Shown: one piece after another, positions 31,682 through 44,458 of the stretch
Layout of the letters: each line of letters begins with the position of its first letter
How positions within the stretch are numbered: the first letter of the stretch is position 1
Assembly (NCBI RefSeq): GCF_009914755.1
Contig: NC_060928.1
DNA: 64,000 nt
Direction: 5' to 3' (one strand)
Source: the human T2T-CHM13v2.0 reference genome, Homo sapiens
The notes under the pieces: generated by a model
The model's database searches: none
Seen by the model: the letters and a program-made list of their open reading frames with translations, nothing else
What the model was told of the DNA's origin: nothing
Made by a program: the position numbers and the translations under genes

Positions 31682-32423
31682 AAAACCTCACTGAATGAGG
31701 GATATTTAAGTAGAGCTTTCATGATAGGAATTGCCAGGCAAAGGTTTCAGAGAGGAGCTTTCTAGGCAAGGGGGATTGTGTATGAATCCCTGATGTCAAG
31801 GAGCTCTGTGTCAAGGGATTAACTCATCAGTGTCTCTGGAACAAAATAAAGGAAGCTTGAGAAGGGACTGGAGAGGCAGGGAGGGGCCCAGGCCTGCTAG
31901 GTCATATCAAGACTGTGGAAAGTAACTCAGGTGAAATGGAAAGGTATTTGAAGGGTTTGATGGAAGGGACTGACAGAATTTAAATTGCATCTAGAAAAGA
32001 TCCTCTCTGCTGACACACAAGGGCTGGATTCTTTCTTCCTGCCTCCCCTACCTCCCTTGCAAACTGGGAAGTATGAGCTTTATTTAATGCACAGCCGTAA
32101 GCATCTAAAGTGAGTTTAACCCAAAGCTGAGTATTTGTAGACAAACTGCAGAAATTTAACATTTTCCTGAGTCTTCCCAGATGTTATCTGAAGTTATTTC
32201 CCAAAAAGAAGTAGTAATCTTTGCCTCCTTACTTGGATTTGCCTATAGAAGGAATAAGTGCCATTCTTCTCAACATGGATAAATGATCAAGCAAGAGAGA
32301 AAAGATGATTCTTTAAAAGTAATGGCAGACAAGGACAGTGCTATTTCAAGAGAAGAAAATGAGTGAGAGTTCTGGGTATTGAAATGGGCATTTAAAAGCT
32401 GCCTTGTGGGAAATTGGTTAAGC

Positions 32424-32632
32424 TCTGGAGTTCAAGAACAGCCTGGGCAACATGGTGAAATCCCATCTCTAAAAAAATACAAAAAGAATTAGCTGGGTGT
32501 GGTGGCGTGAGCCTGTAAGTCCCAGCTTGTTGGGAGGCTGAGGTGGAAGAAACACTTGACCCCCAGGAGGTTCAGGTTGCAGTGAGCTGAGATCATACTA
32601 CTCTAGTTTAGGCAACAGAGTAATACCCTGTT
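32424..32632 (+). mobile_element. 5'-truncated AluJ followed by (TC)n/(TA)n repeats
   Basis: gagttcaagaacagcctgggcaacatgg...gcagtgagctgagatc; diverged. Confidence 0.85.
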
Positions 32633-33819
32633 TCTCTGTCTCTGTCTGTCTGTCTCTCTCTCTCTCTCACTTTCTCTCTCTATATATAATATATATACAC
32701 ACATACATATTTATTATATATATTATATATAAAATGTTTGTGTGTGTGTATAAAATAAAAGTTGCCTTGTATTCTAAACATTAATTGAAAAAGTGAAACT
32801 GGTTGCAATTTTTTTGCATTAACATTAGTTAAAACAATGCTCTTGACACATAAAGAGGAAAAATCTCTGTGGCTTAACATATTAGTTTCTCTGCTCAATC
32901 AAGAAAAAAATATGATGGCTGATCAGAAGAATCTCCTCCAAATAGTAATTCAGGAATGATTTCTTCCAATTTATAGCTCTACCACTTGGACAATATATCT
33001 TCCAAGATCTCCATACTCATCTATACTGTATCCAACTTTGGGAGGAGCATGAGCTTCATCCCAGGGAGGTTCTTATGGCCCAGGGCTGGAATCTTCTCAT
33101 AGTACACTGGCCAGAACTTAGTCATACTTAACTACAACGCAATCTGGAGCACCCAACAAGAGGAGGAGATGGATTGATTAGAAGCTAGGTAGTCTCTGAA
33201 ACTATAAGGTTCCATATGACATATGTGTTTGAAAATCCTGCAGTACAAAGCAAATACCATGATAGCAGAGAGATCCAGACTTATGGAGAAAAAGGAATAG
33301 CCAAAAAGCAAAACAAAACAAGAAATATTAATATTATGCTTTTATATATTAAATAATGTTGTCCTCATTGTATAAAATAGTGTTACAAATTGCCTTTCCC
33401 TTACTTGAATCACTGGCTTTTCTCATAAAATTAGTTCTCTTCATTTAACATGCATTTGTATAATTGGAATATTTTACTAATAGGATAAAAATCTCTCAAT
33501 TAATTTTACTAAGTGGCCTCTAGAAGAAAATTTAGATTTCATGGAAATCATGTGTAATTTATAATTAATGATGAGAAAAGGTCCAACCATTAAAAGAAGA
33601 AAAAAAATTTTAATGCAGTGAAAAGGGATAAATAATTAGGCCTTATTGGCTAATGAGTTATTTGAATAAACATCTTGGCTAGGCAGTTACATATAATTAA
33701 ATGTTTTCTACATTTTTTATGAAATTATTCTTATTGAACAGTACAAAAGAAAGCTCTGCTATATTATTCTAGTTTTCAGTTATAAATAAAAAAGCATTTA
33801 AACACAAACAAACATCACT

Positions 33820-34430
33820 CTGATTATAGTACGGAATATTCACTGGAAAGAGGCAAAAGTGTGATTAAACTGATTGATAAGAAAACTATGACATTTTCCT
33901 AAGTATGAGAGACTTCGGATCATTTATCAGCATCTGCGAAGATGAGAAAAAGCTGATGGCTTAAAGCTGAAGAACATTTTAGAGGTAAAATTGACACAGC
34001 TTCATGGCAGATTATATAGAGAAGATGCAGAACAGAGATATCAAAGATAATTACTCAGTGTCTAGCATGAGCAACTCGAATGAAAATTCAATTAACCAAC
34101 AGAGGGAAAATTAGAATATAAATAGATATGGAAGAAAGATCAGGAGTTCAGTTTGAGGCATATTGAATTTGAGATGCCTGTATGTTACCCAGTTGGGTAA
34201 GTCAAGAAAACTGTCATAGATATGGGCTGGAGCTCTGAAGATCTGAGTCATCTGGATGTATAAATATTGGCATTCCTTGGTATATAGATAGTGTTTCATG
34301 TTATGTTATTATATGAATAAAGATAAGAAATGAGTGGATAAGTTCAGTTAAGGACCTCAATATGTAGGAGTTATATTAAGAATTGGAGCCAGCAAAGTTG
34401 ACTGAGATGCAATCAGAAAGGCAGGAGGAA
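33820..34430 (-). mobile_element. L2 fragment
   Basis: gatcaggagttcagtttgaggcatattgaatttgagatgcctg...ctggagctctgaag. Confidence 0.7.
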
Positions 34431-34436
34431 TCTGAC

Positions 34437-35150
34437 TCCCATGTTCATTTCTACATTATTGACAATAGCCAAGACAAGGAAGCAACCTAAGCGTCCATCA
34501 AAGGACAATGGATAAAGAAAATGTGGCAAATATACTGCCTTTATAAAGAAAACTATTCTGCCTTTATAAAGAAAGAAATACTATCATTTATAACAACCTG
34601 AATGAATCTGGAGGACATTATGCTAAGTAAAATAAGCCAGGTATAGAAAGACAATTACTGCAAGATCTCATTTATATGTGGAATCTAAAAAGAGTAAAAT
34701 TCATAAAAGCAGAGAGTAGAACAGTAGTTACCAGAGACTAGGAACATGGGGAGTATGGGGAAAGGGGAGAGGTTGGTCAAAGGGTACAAAGTTCCTCTTA
34801 GACAAGAGAGAAAGTTTTAGTGATTTATCACAGAGAATGATGATCATAGTAATAATGCACTGTGTATTTCAAAAATTGCTAAAATATTAGATTTTAAAGA
34901 TTCTTACTCCCAAAATAATAAGTAGTTGAGGTGGTAGATATGTTAATAAGCTTGATTTAATCTTTATGTATATATATATATACCACATTGCAACCTGCAT
35001 ATGTGTATGTATGTATGTATATATATATATATATATATATATACATTGCAACCTGCATATTTGTATATATATACACACACACATATATATATATATACCA
35101 ATTGCATAAATGCATGCAATTATTATTTCTCAGTAAAAATAACATAAAAA
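34437..35150 (+). mobile_element. L1MA-type 3' end with internal (TA)n expansions
   Basis: cccatgttcatt...aatagccaaga...ctggaggacattatgctaagt...gcagagagtagaa; TA/CA repeats at 34965-35100. Confidence 0.88.
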
Positions 35151-35879
35151 GAACATCAAATGTGGTTTGGCAAAAGTCAAAGGCCCAGTTAAGAGACTGT
35201 TTTAAAAATAGGAAATAATCCTAGAAGTTCTTATGAGAAAAAGACAGAAAATTGTATCCATTCATTCAACAAATATGTATCGAGTGTTTGCCAATACAAG
35301 GCATATCCTGGGTACTAGAACTGTAGAAGGAAACAAAAACTCTTTGCCCTCATGTTCTTATATTGGCCTTATAGAAACTTGACAATGGTTAAAGAACTTA
35401 GAAGAATCAGTGTGGTAAAGTAGTAGGTACGGATGCCATCTGGGAATGAGTTGAAGTGAAAAGAAGCAAGCAGAGATGACACGTTTAGACAACTATTTTG
35501 AGAGAGTTCGCTTTGAAACTTACAGTGATAGAGCAGTAGCCAGAGGGAGAAGTAAATTTAAATGAATATTTTTAAAATATGGAGGATGCTCCAACATGTT
35601 TGAATGCTTATAGGAAAGAATTATTGAAAAGGGAGAGATAAAGAAAACAGTGTGAAAAGTCATGGAACAAAGTCCCAGAGAAGAAAGAATATTATTATGG
35701 GGTCATGTAGCATATTACTTCCTTTGAAAGCAACTAATAATTTGCTCTCAAAGTGATGATGATGATGATGATAAAAAATGGAAGAGGAGGATGAGGAAGA
35801 AAAGAAGGAAGAGGAGGAGAAAGAGAAAGAATAGAAACAACAACAAAAACAATAACAACTATTTAATACAACCATCAAC

Positions 35880-36110
35880 ATTCATTAAATATTTGCTCTG
35901 TCCTAAGGATTACACAAAGCTCTGGCACACATTTCTCTCATTTAATCATCATGATAGCCATATGAGATGACATTATTTTCCCCATTTTTCAAGAGAGAAA
36001 AATGAGGCACATCAAGGTATCTTGTTTATGCAATCATCCAGCCAGTAAGCGATGAGTCAGACTTTCAAGGTGCCAGTGTTTCTGTCTTCAGAGCTTAGGC
36101 TCTGAATTAT
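35880..36110. mobile_element. MIR element (donor of the copy inside the adjacent MER2)
   Basis: tctctcatttaatc...attattttccccatttt...aatgaggcac, MIR pattern. Confidence 0.7.
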
Positions 36111-36292
36111 TTAAAGACATTTTTCTATTTTGATATCTTTCTATGGATGTTAACAGACTTAAAATTTTTTAAAGTATATTTTCTGTTTTTTCATGGGTTT
36201 GGGAGTAGGAGAGAAGCAAAGATGTGTTTGTTTCAACATTTTATTTCATACTCCATGTATTATTTTTTACTCAGAAAAAATATATGTATGTA

Positions 36293-36641
36293 TATGATCA
36301 GCCTTCAATATCCATGGGAGATTGGTTCCAGGTCTTTAGAAGATCAGATAGCAAGATCCACTGATGTTCAAGTCCCTTCAGTCTTATGTATCCATGGGTT
36401 CGGTATCCCTTGAAATTTCCTCCAAGGTTGGTTGAATCCAAGATGCTAAGAATTCTCCCATTTAATCATCATGCTAGCCATATGAGGTGCCATTATTCTC
36501 CCCATTTTACAAGAGTGAAAAACGAGGCCCACCAAGGTATTGTGTTTATGCAATCATCCAACCAATATGTTATGAGTCAGACTTTGAAAGTGCCAGTGTT
36601 TCTGTCTTCAGGGCCTCCAGGGCATGAAAGGTTTGACTGTA
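36293..36641. mobile_element. MER2-like Tigger DNA transposon with an internal ~163-bp insertion
   Basis: atccatgggagattggttccagg...gatgttcaagtccctt...ggttggttgaatcc, then the insert, then the terminal gactg-TA. Confidence 0.75.
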
Positions 36642-36886
36642 TACACATATTTTTAAATCAGTGTTTTGAAAGAAAGGACATAACAGCAAAGGGCAAAAAT
36701 GTAACTAAAGCAAATGGGTAAATGACAAGCCTGCATATATATTACTGCATATATATTATATATGTGTGTGTGTGTGCTTATGTCATATATGTATTTCTAT
36801 TTCACATAACAGTGCCTATTGTAAGTAATTCGTTTCTTAGATAAATTTTCAATAATGCCTTTAATTACTTTTCTCTGGGCTTTTAC

Positions 36887-36891
<5 letters not shown>

Positions 36892-36932
<41 letters not shown>

Positions 36933-37216
36933 TGAGATGGAGTCTCACTCTGTGGCCCAGGCTGGAGTGCAGTGGCGCAAGCTCTGCTCACTGAAAGCTC
37001 CGCCTCCCAGGTTCACGTCATTTTCCTGCCTCAGCCTCCCAAGTAGCTGGGACTACAGGTGCCTGCCACCATGCCCGGCTAAATTTTTGTATTTTTTTAG
37101 TAGAGACGGGGTTTCACCGTGTTAGCCAGGATGGTCTCAATCTCCTGACCTCATGATTCGCCTGCCTCGGCCTCCCAAAGTGCTGGGATTACAGGCGTGA
37201 GCCATCACGCCTGGCC
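36892..37216 (-). mobile_element. AluY-like element with (ATT)n tail and TSD
   Basis: aagctccgcctccc, ttcaccgtgttagccaggatgg are AluY-type features; TSD tgggcttt(t/c)actttta at 36876-36891 and 37217-37232. Confidence 0.96.
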
Positions 37217-37599
37217 TGGGCTTTCACTTTTAAAAATTCTACGTAACACATTGACTACAGACAACAAAACAGGAATATTAATAAGATAGGTATGTGCTAA
37301 TAAAATTAGGTTATCAATATTTTTAAAAAATTAAAACCAAAACGAATTTAACAAATTTAAAATGTATCTATTATAAATGAGATGTCCTTTAGATGACATA
37401 ATAAATTATAATATCTTCAAATGTTATTTTTTGTCTATTGTATAAATGAAAGTACATTTAGAAATTTAAATATATAAATGAACAATAAAAATCTTATTAA
37501 TTAAAATCTAATTTGGGGTTTTGGAGTTTGAAACTTCAGGCAAAATGTAAATAATCTTCATCTTAATAAGAAATTATATTATACATTTTAAAACAGTTA

Positions 37600-37770
37600 A
37601 AAGAGCATAACTGGATTGTTTGTAAACAAAGAAAAGATAAATGCTTGAGGTGATAGTTACACCATTTGCTCTGATGTAATTGTGATGCATTGTATGTTTA
37701 TATAAAAATAACTCCTGTATATGTTTATGGGTAAATATATACACCTACTATGTACCCATAAAAATTTTAA
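37600..37770 (+). mobile_element. L1MA 3'-end fragment
   Basis: ggattgtttgtaa...ataaatgcttgaggtgat...cacctactatgtaccca. Confidence 0.8.
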
Positions 37771-38539
37771 AACGTCCATGTAAATATATATTTTTCTGTA
37801 TTCGTGACACATACAACAATATTTTAAGTAAATAAACAATGAAAAAGTAAAAAAAATTGTATATTAAAAAAAGAATTGGGTATTTTATGTTGTCTTCATA
37901 TATTTTTGAGTGGTGGTCACTCAGATTTCTGACCTACCGAACTGTGAGACAGTAAATGGATTAAGTTACTACATTTATGATAATTTGTTATATAAATTCC
38001 TAACTGCTTCCTATCTGGTTAACATGAAACCATGTTGTACTTGCAAGTCTACAATCCATTTGTCACTATAAATGAAGATTGGTTCTAAAACACATCTTTG
38101 TTTATGTAACAAAGTTTATATAACTTCATTGAATCCCCATTATTCTAAAAAAAAACCCTCCACTTTTTAAATGTCTAATATGACATGATAATATATTATT
38201 AGGCTAAGATCAAAGATTGTGTAAATGGTAGACATAGATCCAAGTCATAGCTTATCATAGCAATGTGTCATTGAACAAGGTACATAAAATTCTGATCTTT
38301 AGAATCTTTGTCAGTTTAGAAGCCAGCTCACAAATTGGTGGATTTTTAGATAACTGTGGTCAAGGGTCTTTGGTAAGCAAAATATTTTAGTATATTTAAA
38401 AAATTATAATGCCTTTTAAATTATAACTCAATAATGCCTATAATGTGGGGCACATATTTTATGGTTTACCACAATCCCCACCATTTCCCTCCTGTCTTAA
38501 CTTCTTATCACATCCCCATTTCCATCTGACACTTGAAAT

Positions 38540-39315
38540 TGAAACGGGAAAAGTTCCCTTGTCCCCCTTGCAGGGCGTGCGATGGGGCTGTGGCTCGCTT
38601 CCTCAGTGCCCCCGCCGCTCAAACCTCAGATGGGCAGGCTGTGGGGCTCTGACCCCACGGCAGTGTCTAGGGGTGAATGTATACAGCTGAAGCCCCAGTG
38701 GGCATGTGTTACAGGCATGTTTTAGTTTAGCCGTCCGTAGTCGGCTTGTGTTCATCAGCTCAATTAGACCCTTCCTTATCACAGAGGGCTTTCTGTATCC
38801 TGGGGTTCTTTCCTTGGTTTACCGGAAGAATTGGATGACATGTGGGCTTGGAGATTGAGTGCAAGGTTTTACTGTGTGGAAGTAGCTCTCAGCAGATGGG
38901 GGAGCCAGAAGAGAGATGGTTTTCCCCTGGAGCATTCGCCAAACCCCGCCTCCTTCCTTCGGTAGATAGCCTGCCAGCGTTCTGGCGTCTGTCACGTGCT
39001 CTTCTGCTGGCCTGCTCCCCTTGACGTCCAGCTGCTTGTTTTCTTCCACCGATGCATTCCTCTCCATGTCCAACTGCTTGTGTGTCTGCCTGCTAGGGTC
39101 TTGGGGTTTTTATAGGCACAGGATGGGGGTGTGACAGGCCAGAGTAGTCTTGGGAAATGCAACATTTGGGCAGGAAAACAAAAATTCTTGTCTTCACCTA
39201 GGTCTGTGGGCACAGGCCCAGGGGTGGAGCCCTAGCCAGGGACCACGCCCTTCTCCCTTCCATATCATTTAAAGGGACCATGCCCTTCCCTTCCCAGCAC
39301 ATCCGTTCCGTATCA
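38540..39315 (-). mobile_element. Solo ERV1 LTR (LTR1/LTR27/LTR28/MER52 group)
   Basis: TG...CA termini (tgaaacgggaa ... ttccgtatca), 4-bp TSD aaat at 38536-38539 and 39316-39319, minus-strand TATAAAA near 39108-39114. Confidence 0.88.
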
Positions 39316-42159
39316 AAATCACGTCATTGCTTTAAGAACTTCAAACAACAAAATTAAGTAAGGTTGAGAAAGAATTTGAAATTTAAAAGATTTAGGAGGG
39401 AGAGATGAGGCTGAGGTAGAATAGCCAGAGCACAAGGACAAAAGCCAAGCAGGTTGACAACAGTCCTAAAGAACTATATTACATTCCCAGTGATGAGTTG
39501 TGAAGGTGAAATACACTTTTCTATATCAACAACAGTAAAAACAATTTTCCATTAACCATGCTAGAGAAAATTCGGAACTTTTTATTTTATTTAAAAAGAT
39601 AAAATTGTTGAAATGTAATCAGAAGCGATCAAAGAATATACAATGAAAAAAGTAGGAAAAATATTATTTCTGTATTTAATTAGGTTCTCACATAATGCCT
39701 ATATAATTCTTGAGGCCACCTGGCCCTCAGTTTTGCTTAGAGTCAGAGACATAGGAAATGTTTCCCAATAATAGAACAAACCTAAACTGCATTGAAAGTC
39801 TCTGTGAAACAAACAAACAAAAAAATCTGTCTATAATGATACCAACATTTGAACTCATGAATGTACTTCCCTTTACGGTTTGGCCATTTATTTGCCCTCA
39901 ACCTTTATCCAAGAAAACACCATGAGTATAAGTGCTGGCAGTTGATTCATTTGTTTAGAAATAAAAATGTCTTTTAGGAGAAACTGTCAGGTAGTCAAAG
40001 TATAAATAATGTGCAGTTACAGCTCTTTATTCTAAATGTCTTGGAAAATAATATTGTTAAACATTCTTTTAAATCTGCAAGTCTCATCAGTACTTCATTA
40101 AATCTCTGAATTTAAGGTGAAAGGGTATGTGTGCTAATAAGGAAAGAAAAGAAAAAAATATGCTTTACAAGGAATAGCAGTAGATTGAAAAAATAGTTCT
40201 ATGTGAAAATTTAATTAGTTGGAACCCAGGGGCAAACAAAGAAATAATTAAGTTTAGTTAATTTTTCTATTAATAAAGCAAAGTCATTTCTTGGATTAGA
40301 TTAATTACTGATGAAGAAAAATATTTAAAGTTTCATTATCCTGAGCCTCATGATAGAACACAGAGCTCATACTCTGTGTTTTTACCAATTTGAAAAATAA
40401 AGGAGTTATCTATGGCCTACAGCTGTCTCATTCCTTGAGAAAACCATGTGAGAGCAGGGCTCTACTGGAGTCTTTGTTACTGCAGGGAAAATTCCTGACT
40501 TTACAAACATAATAACATTTCCATCGTTCTCTGTTGTCTGCAAAGGTCAATATGTACTATAACCCAAGAATACTTTAACTATTAAATTTTAAATACATCT
40601 GATTACAATGACCAAATTTACTGATGTAAATAATCCGGGAAAGTAGGATATTTTTACCTTAACCAATAGCATGAAAACAAATATAGCTGGAGTACAAATG
40701 TAGAATTAGAACTATTAGGAAAAAAAATTTAAAAACCTATAGAGCAATCACCTTTCACTCTTATTTACTAGAGATGATAATTTGTCAATGTTTCAGCTGC
40801 TTGCCAATGATTTTATCCTGCTGTTGAACATGATGCAGCTCTCTTGGACTAAGTGTTATTACTAAATTACCATTCACTTATGATTAACCCATTTTTCTAG
40901 ACATTTTCATTCAGCCAGACCAAACAACTTCCCCAAACAATTTTGAAACAAGTGTCATATGGCTATATCCAACTGGATAGGATACTTATGTAGGCTTAAA
41001 TTGATTTAGCCTGGGGTAAAATAAGACTTCAATTAAAGGTAAAAGTTTTGAGACATTGTTAAACAAAGAAAACAAAATGATTCTGTGTATTCATTCATTC
41101 ATTCATTCATCAAAAGCTAAAAATTCTATATAAGCCTTTGGGAAATGTACCTGTTAGTATTATTAATGATTGAGGATGGCCAATTAGGGAGGGAAGATAA
41201 TTTTTCCCCCAAAACCAGTCATTTTAATCACAATGACATAAATAAAGGCCATGCTCCCACAAATGACTTATGTTATGACACCTTGGATGATAAAGACTCT
41301 TTGCCAGATGCTAGCACTGATGGGCTAATCCTGTCCCAGGAGCACATTCTGCCCCCAACCATTTATAAGGTCTGTTAAAATAGAACTCAAGAGGGAAGGG
41401 CAGACTCCTGTGCTCCAGAACAGGGGCATCCCCAGAAAGCCAAACTGAAGCCTAAAAGGTGCTCCCCACTCATCGGTCTCCCTGTTCTTTTTGCCTATAT
41501 GGTAAGAAAACATTTACAGAATAGGCTGGGGAATTGCCCTCGCCCTGAGTGTAAGAAGGGTTTTTAGTGGAGGTATTATTATAACAAAAAGAGAGAGAGA
41601 GGGGAAAAACAAACAATTTCAAAAAAAGATGGCCTAACTTCTGCTATTTTGTGAAAGGGAAGTATTTCATCATAAAGGTCTTAGACATTCTTTAAAATAT
41701 TTTTAAGGAGTTTTTCATTTAAACAGGCAAGGCTCACTAGATCAAGACTATGAGAAACATTTAGACAACGTGCTAAATTTCCCTGCATAATAAGGTAAAA
41801 CTACAACTCTTGGGAGAGGAGGTCAGAAACAGGGAAATAAGTATTTGGTATTAAAATAAAATAAAATTATAGAGAAGTATCAGGAGGTAATGGAGAGACC
41901 TTATGGAAATAGCTAGCAGAAAATTACTTTTCTATAACAAGGAGGGGACATAAAAGTGTAAGAATTGTAGCGTTGAGTATTGAAACTTAAGTGGCATTTT
42001 TGTTCTTTTTCATCATGTAAATGGTCTTACTCCTAAACTTTCAGGAATAGTATTACATTCATAGTGTTGCATTAATGAGGTTAGAGAATAAAAGAAGGGG
42101 AGGTGGTGACAGGGCAGTAACCACAGGAAATGAAGCAATGAGCCAGAGAAAGGAATAGG

Positions 42160-42550
42160 AAGAAAATGTGTCACATATACACCATAGAATACTATGCAGC
42201 CATAAAAAATGATGAATTCATGTCCTTTGTAGTGGCATGGATGAAGCTGGAAACCATCATTCTCAGCAAACTATCCCAAGGACAAAAAACCAAACACCAC
42301 ATTTTCTCACTCATAGGTGGGAATTGAACAATGGAAACACATGGACACAGGAAGGGGAACATCACACACCGGGGCCTGTTGTGGGGTGGGGGGAGGGGGA
42401 GGGATAGCATTAGGAGATATATCTAATGTTAAATGACGAGTTAATGGGTGCAACACACCAACATGGGACATGTATACATATGTAACAAACCTGCATGTTG
42501 TGCACATGTACCCGAAAACTTAAAGTATAATTAAAAAAAAAAAAAAAGAA
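42160..42550 (+). mobile_element. Young 5'-truncated L1PA (L1PA3-5-like) 3' end with poly(A)
   Basis: tactatgcagccataaaaaatgatga...gggggagggggagggatagcattaggag...cttaaagtataat followed by an A tail. Confidence 0.95.
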
Positions 42551-43861
42551 GTAACAGTAGATAACGAGCCTTTGGGAACTCCTTGCAAGAAAATTGGGCA
42601 TGAACCATTTTATATAGCAATTAATGTAAAAAGTATCCCCAGGAGGCTGAAATACCCAAGGATATGTAAACAGTATTGATGTCTGTTACTACAACAATTA
42701 CTTTATTCCATTATTTCCTATGACTGAGTTCTTTCTCGAGAAATACAAACTTAGCTTTGTTTTGCAAGAGTTGTGCATTTTTGTGAAGAAGTCTGCACAT
42801 GAGTGTTCCTAGCAGCTGTCTCGGTTTGGGCATTCATCAAGGAAGATTATAGTGGTGCTGAAGAATATTGTTATTATTAATCATGTGGAAGACATATTAA
42901 AATTAAATATTTAGTTATATAGTTATCACTATTAACTAATGAACATGATTTTTCAAAAACAACAGATTCATTAATAAACAAAATGTATCTGCTTTCCACA
43001 CTCACTAGTTGCTTCTTATCCAATTTTCAAAAATCAGTTTTAAAGTTCAGATGTTATTTTTCATCTCATCTAAAACCAATGATCTTCAAATGAACTTTTC
43101 TTCAAAGTAGTGATATATGATATAGAGAACATACATCATTTGAATCATAACAATGAAGAATCAATTATAAAACTTGAAATTCCAGTGTGTTTTACATTTA
43201 TGTCAATCCAGTTTTTCTCTTTGTGAACTTCAGAGATATGAATCCTTCAATATTTCAAACCAATCTCACTGATGAAATGTTAACACAAAGTAGAAGAGTG
43301 TATCTAGTTATGCCTTCATAACACTAAAATGATTTTAAAAACAAGAGCTGTCAAGCCTGGAAGGGAGCGATTTAAAAAGTCCATTCCTCTATACATTTCT
43401 AAAGTTATTAAAAGTCCAATGACTCGGATCAGCTCTCTTAAAACTTAAAACTTATAAAAAGGACAAAAAAATGATGGGCAATATGTCTTTTCAATGCTAC
43501 ACTAGGACATTATTTAACAAATCCATGCCAGAATTACTTGTCTCTAAGAGAACATACATGTGTTTGATTTTGTCATTTACTGTTTATTTATAGCCCTGGA
43601 CCCAGACACGGTGAAGTTACATATCAATTTACAGATTTCTATCCCGTAGATAATATATCCCCAAAGTTTATAGTTTTATTGCCTTGTAAGACAATAGGTC
43701 ACTTTCTATGTATCTAAACTGGCAATCTTATTCTAACATTTTTAAAGCCTTTACAAATGGACTATCTAAATCCCTCCTTCCGAAATGCACTTGAAATCAC
43801 ATTTATCTGTCTCTACCTAATTAAACATTTGAATGAAATAGCTATCATATTTGTGTGAGAT

Positions 43862-44458
43862 TTACATATATATATTTCCATATATGTGTATATATTCCTA
43901 TATATATATACACACATACATATATATACACACATACGTATATATACACATACATATGTATATAATGGAATTCATATATATATATGAATATATATAGGAA
44001 TTCATATATATATAGGAATTCCATTATATATATGAATCCCTATATACATATTCCCATATATATTCCATTCCTATGTATATAGGAATTCCATTTTATATAT
44101 ATATGTATAAAATTCCTATATATATAAGAATTCCATTAATTCCTATATATAGGTATGGAATATATATGGGAGCATATACACATATGGGAATGGCATATAT
44201 ATGTAATATATATGATATATATCTATATATGTACTATATATGATATATATCTATATATGTAATACATATGATATATGTATATATGTAATATATATGCTAT
44301 ATATGCATATATGTAATATATATGCTATATATGCATATATGTAATATATATGCTATATGTATATATGTAATATATATGCTATATATGTATATATGTAATA
44401 TATATGATATATGTATATATGTAATATATATGCTATATATGTAATATATATGATATAT
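43862..44458. repeat. AT-rich complex repeat: palindromic TA/GGAATTCC block plus a 26-28-bp minisatellite
   Basis: Read directly; gtaatatatatgctatatatgcatatat-type units start at 44203, 44231, 44259, 44285, 44313, 44341, 44367, 44395, 44421 and 44441. Confidence 0.95.

Noticed and set aside
42160-42550. L1PA lacking an obvious TSD as an unusual integration
   Set aside because: Purine/A-rich flanks make a short TSD impossible to separate from the tail by eye.
44203-44458. CRISPR-like regular repeat
   Set aside because: Units are adjacent with no unique spacers, there are no cas genes, and the DNA is primate; it is a minisatellite.
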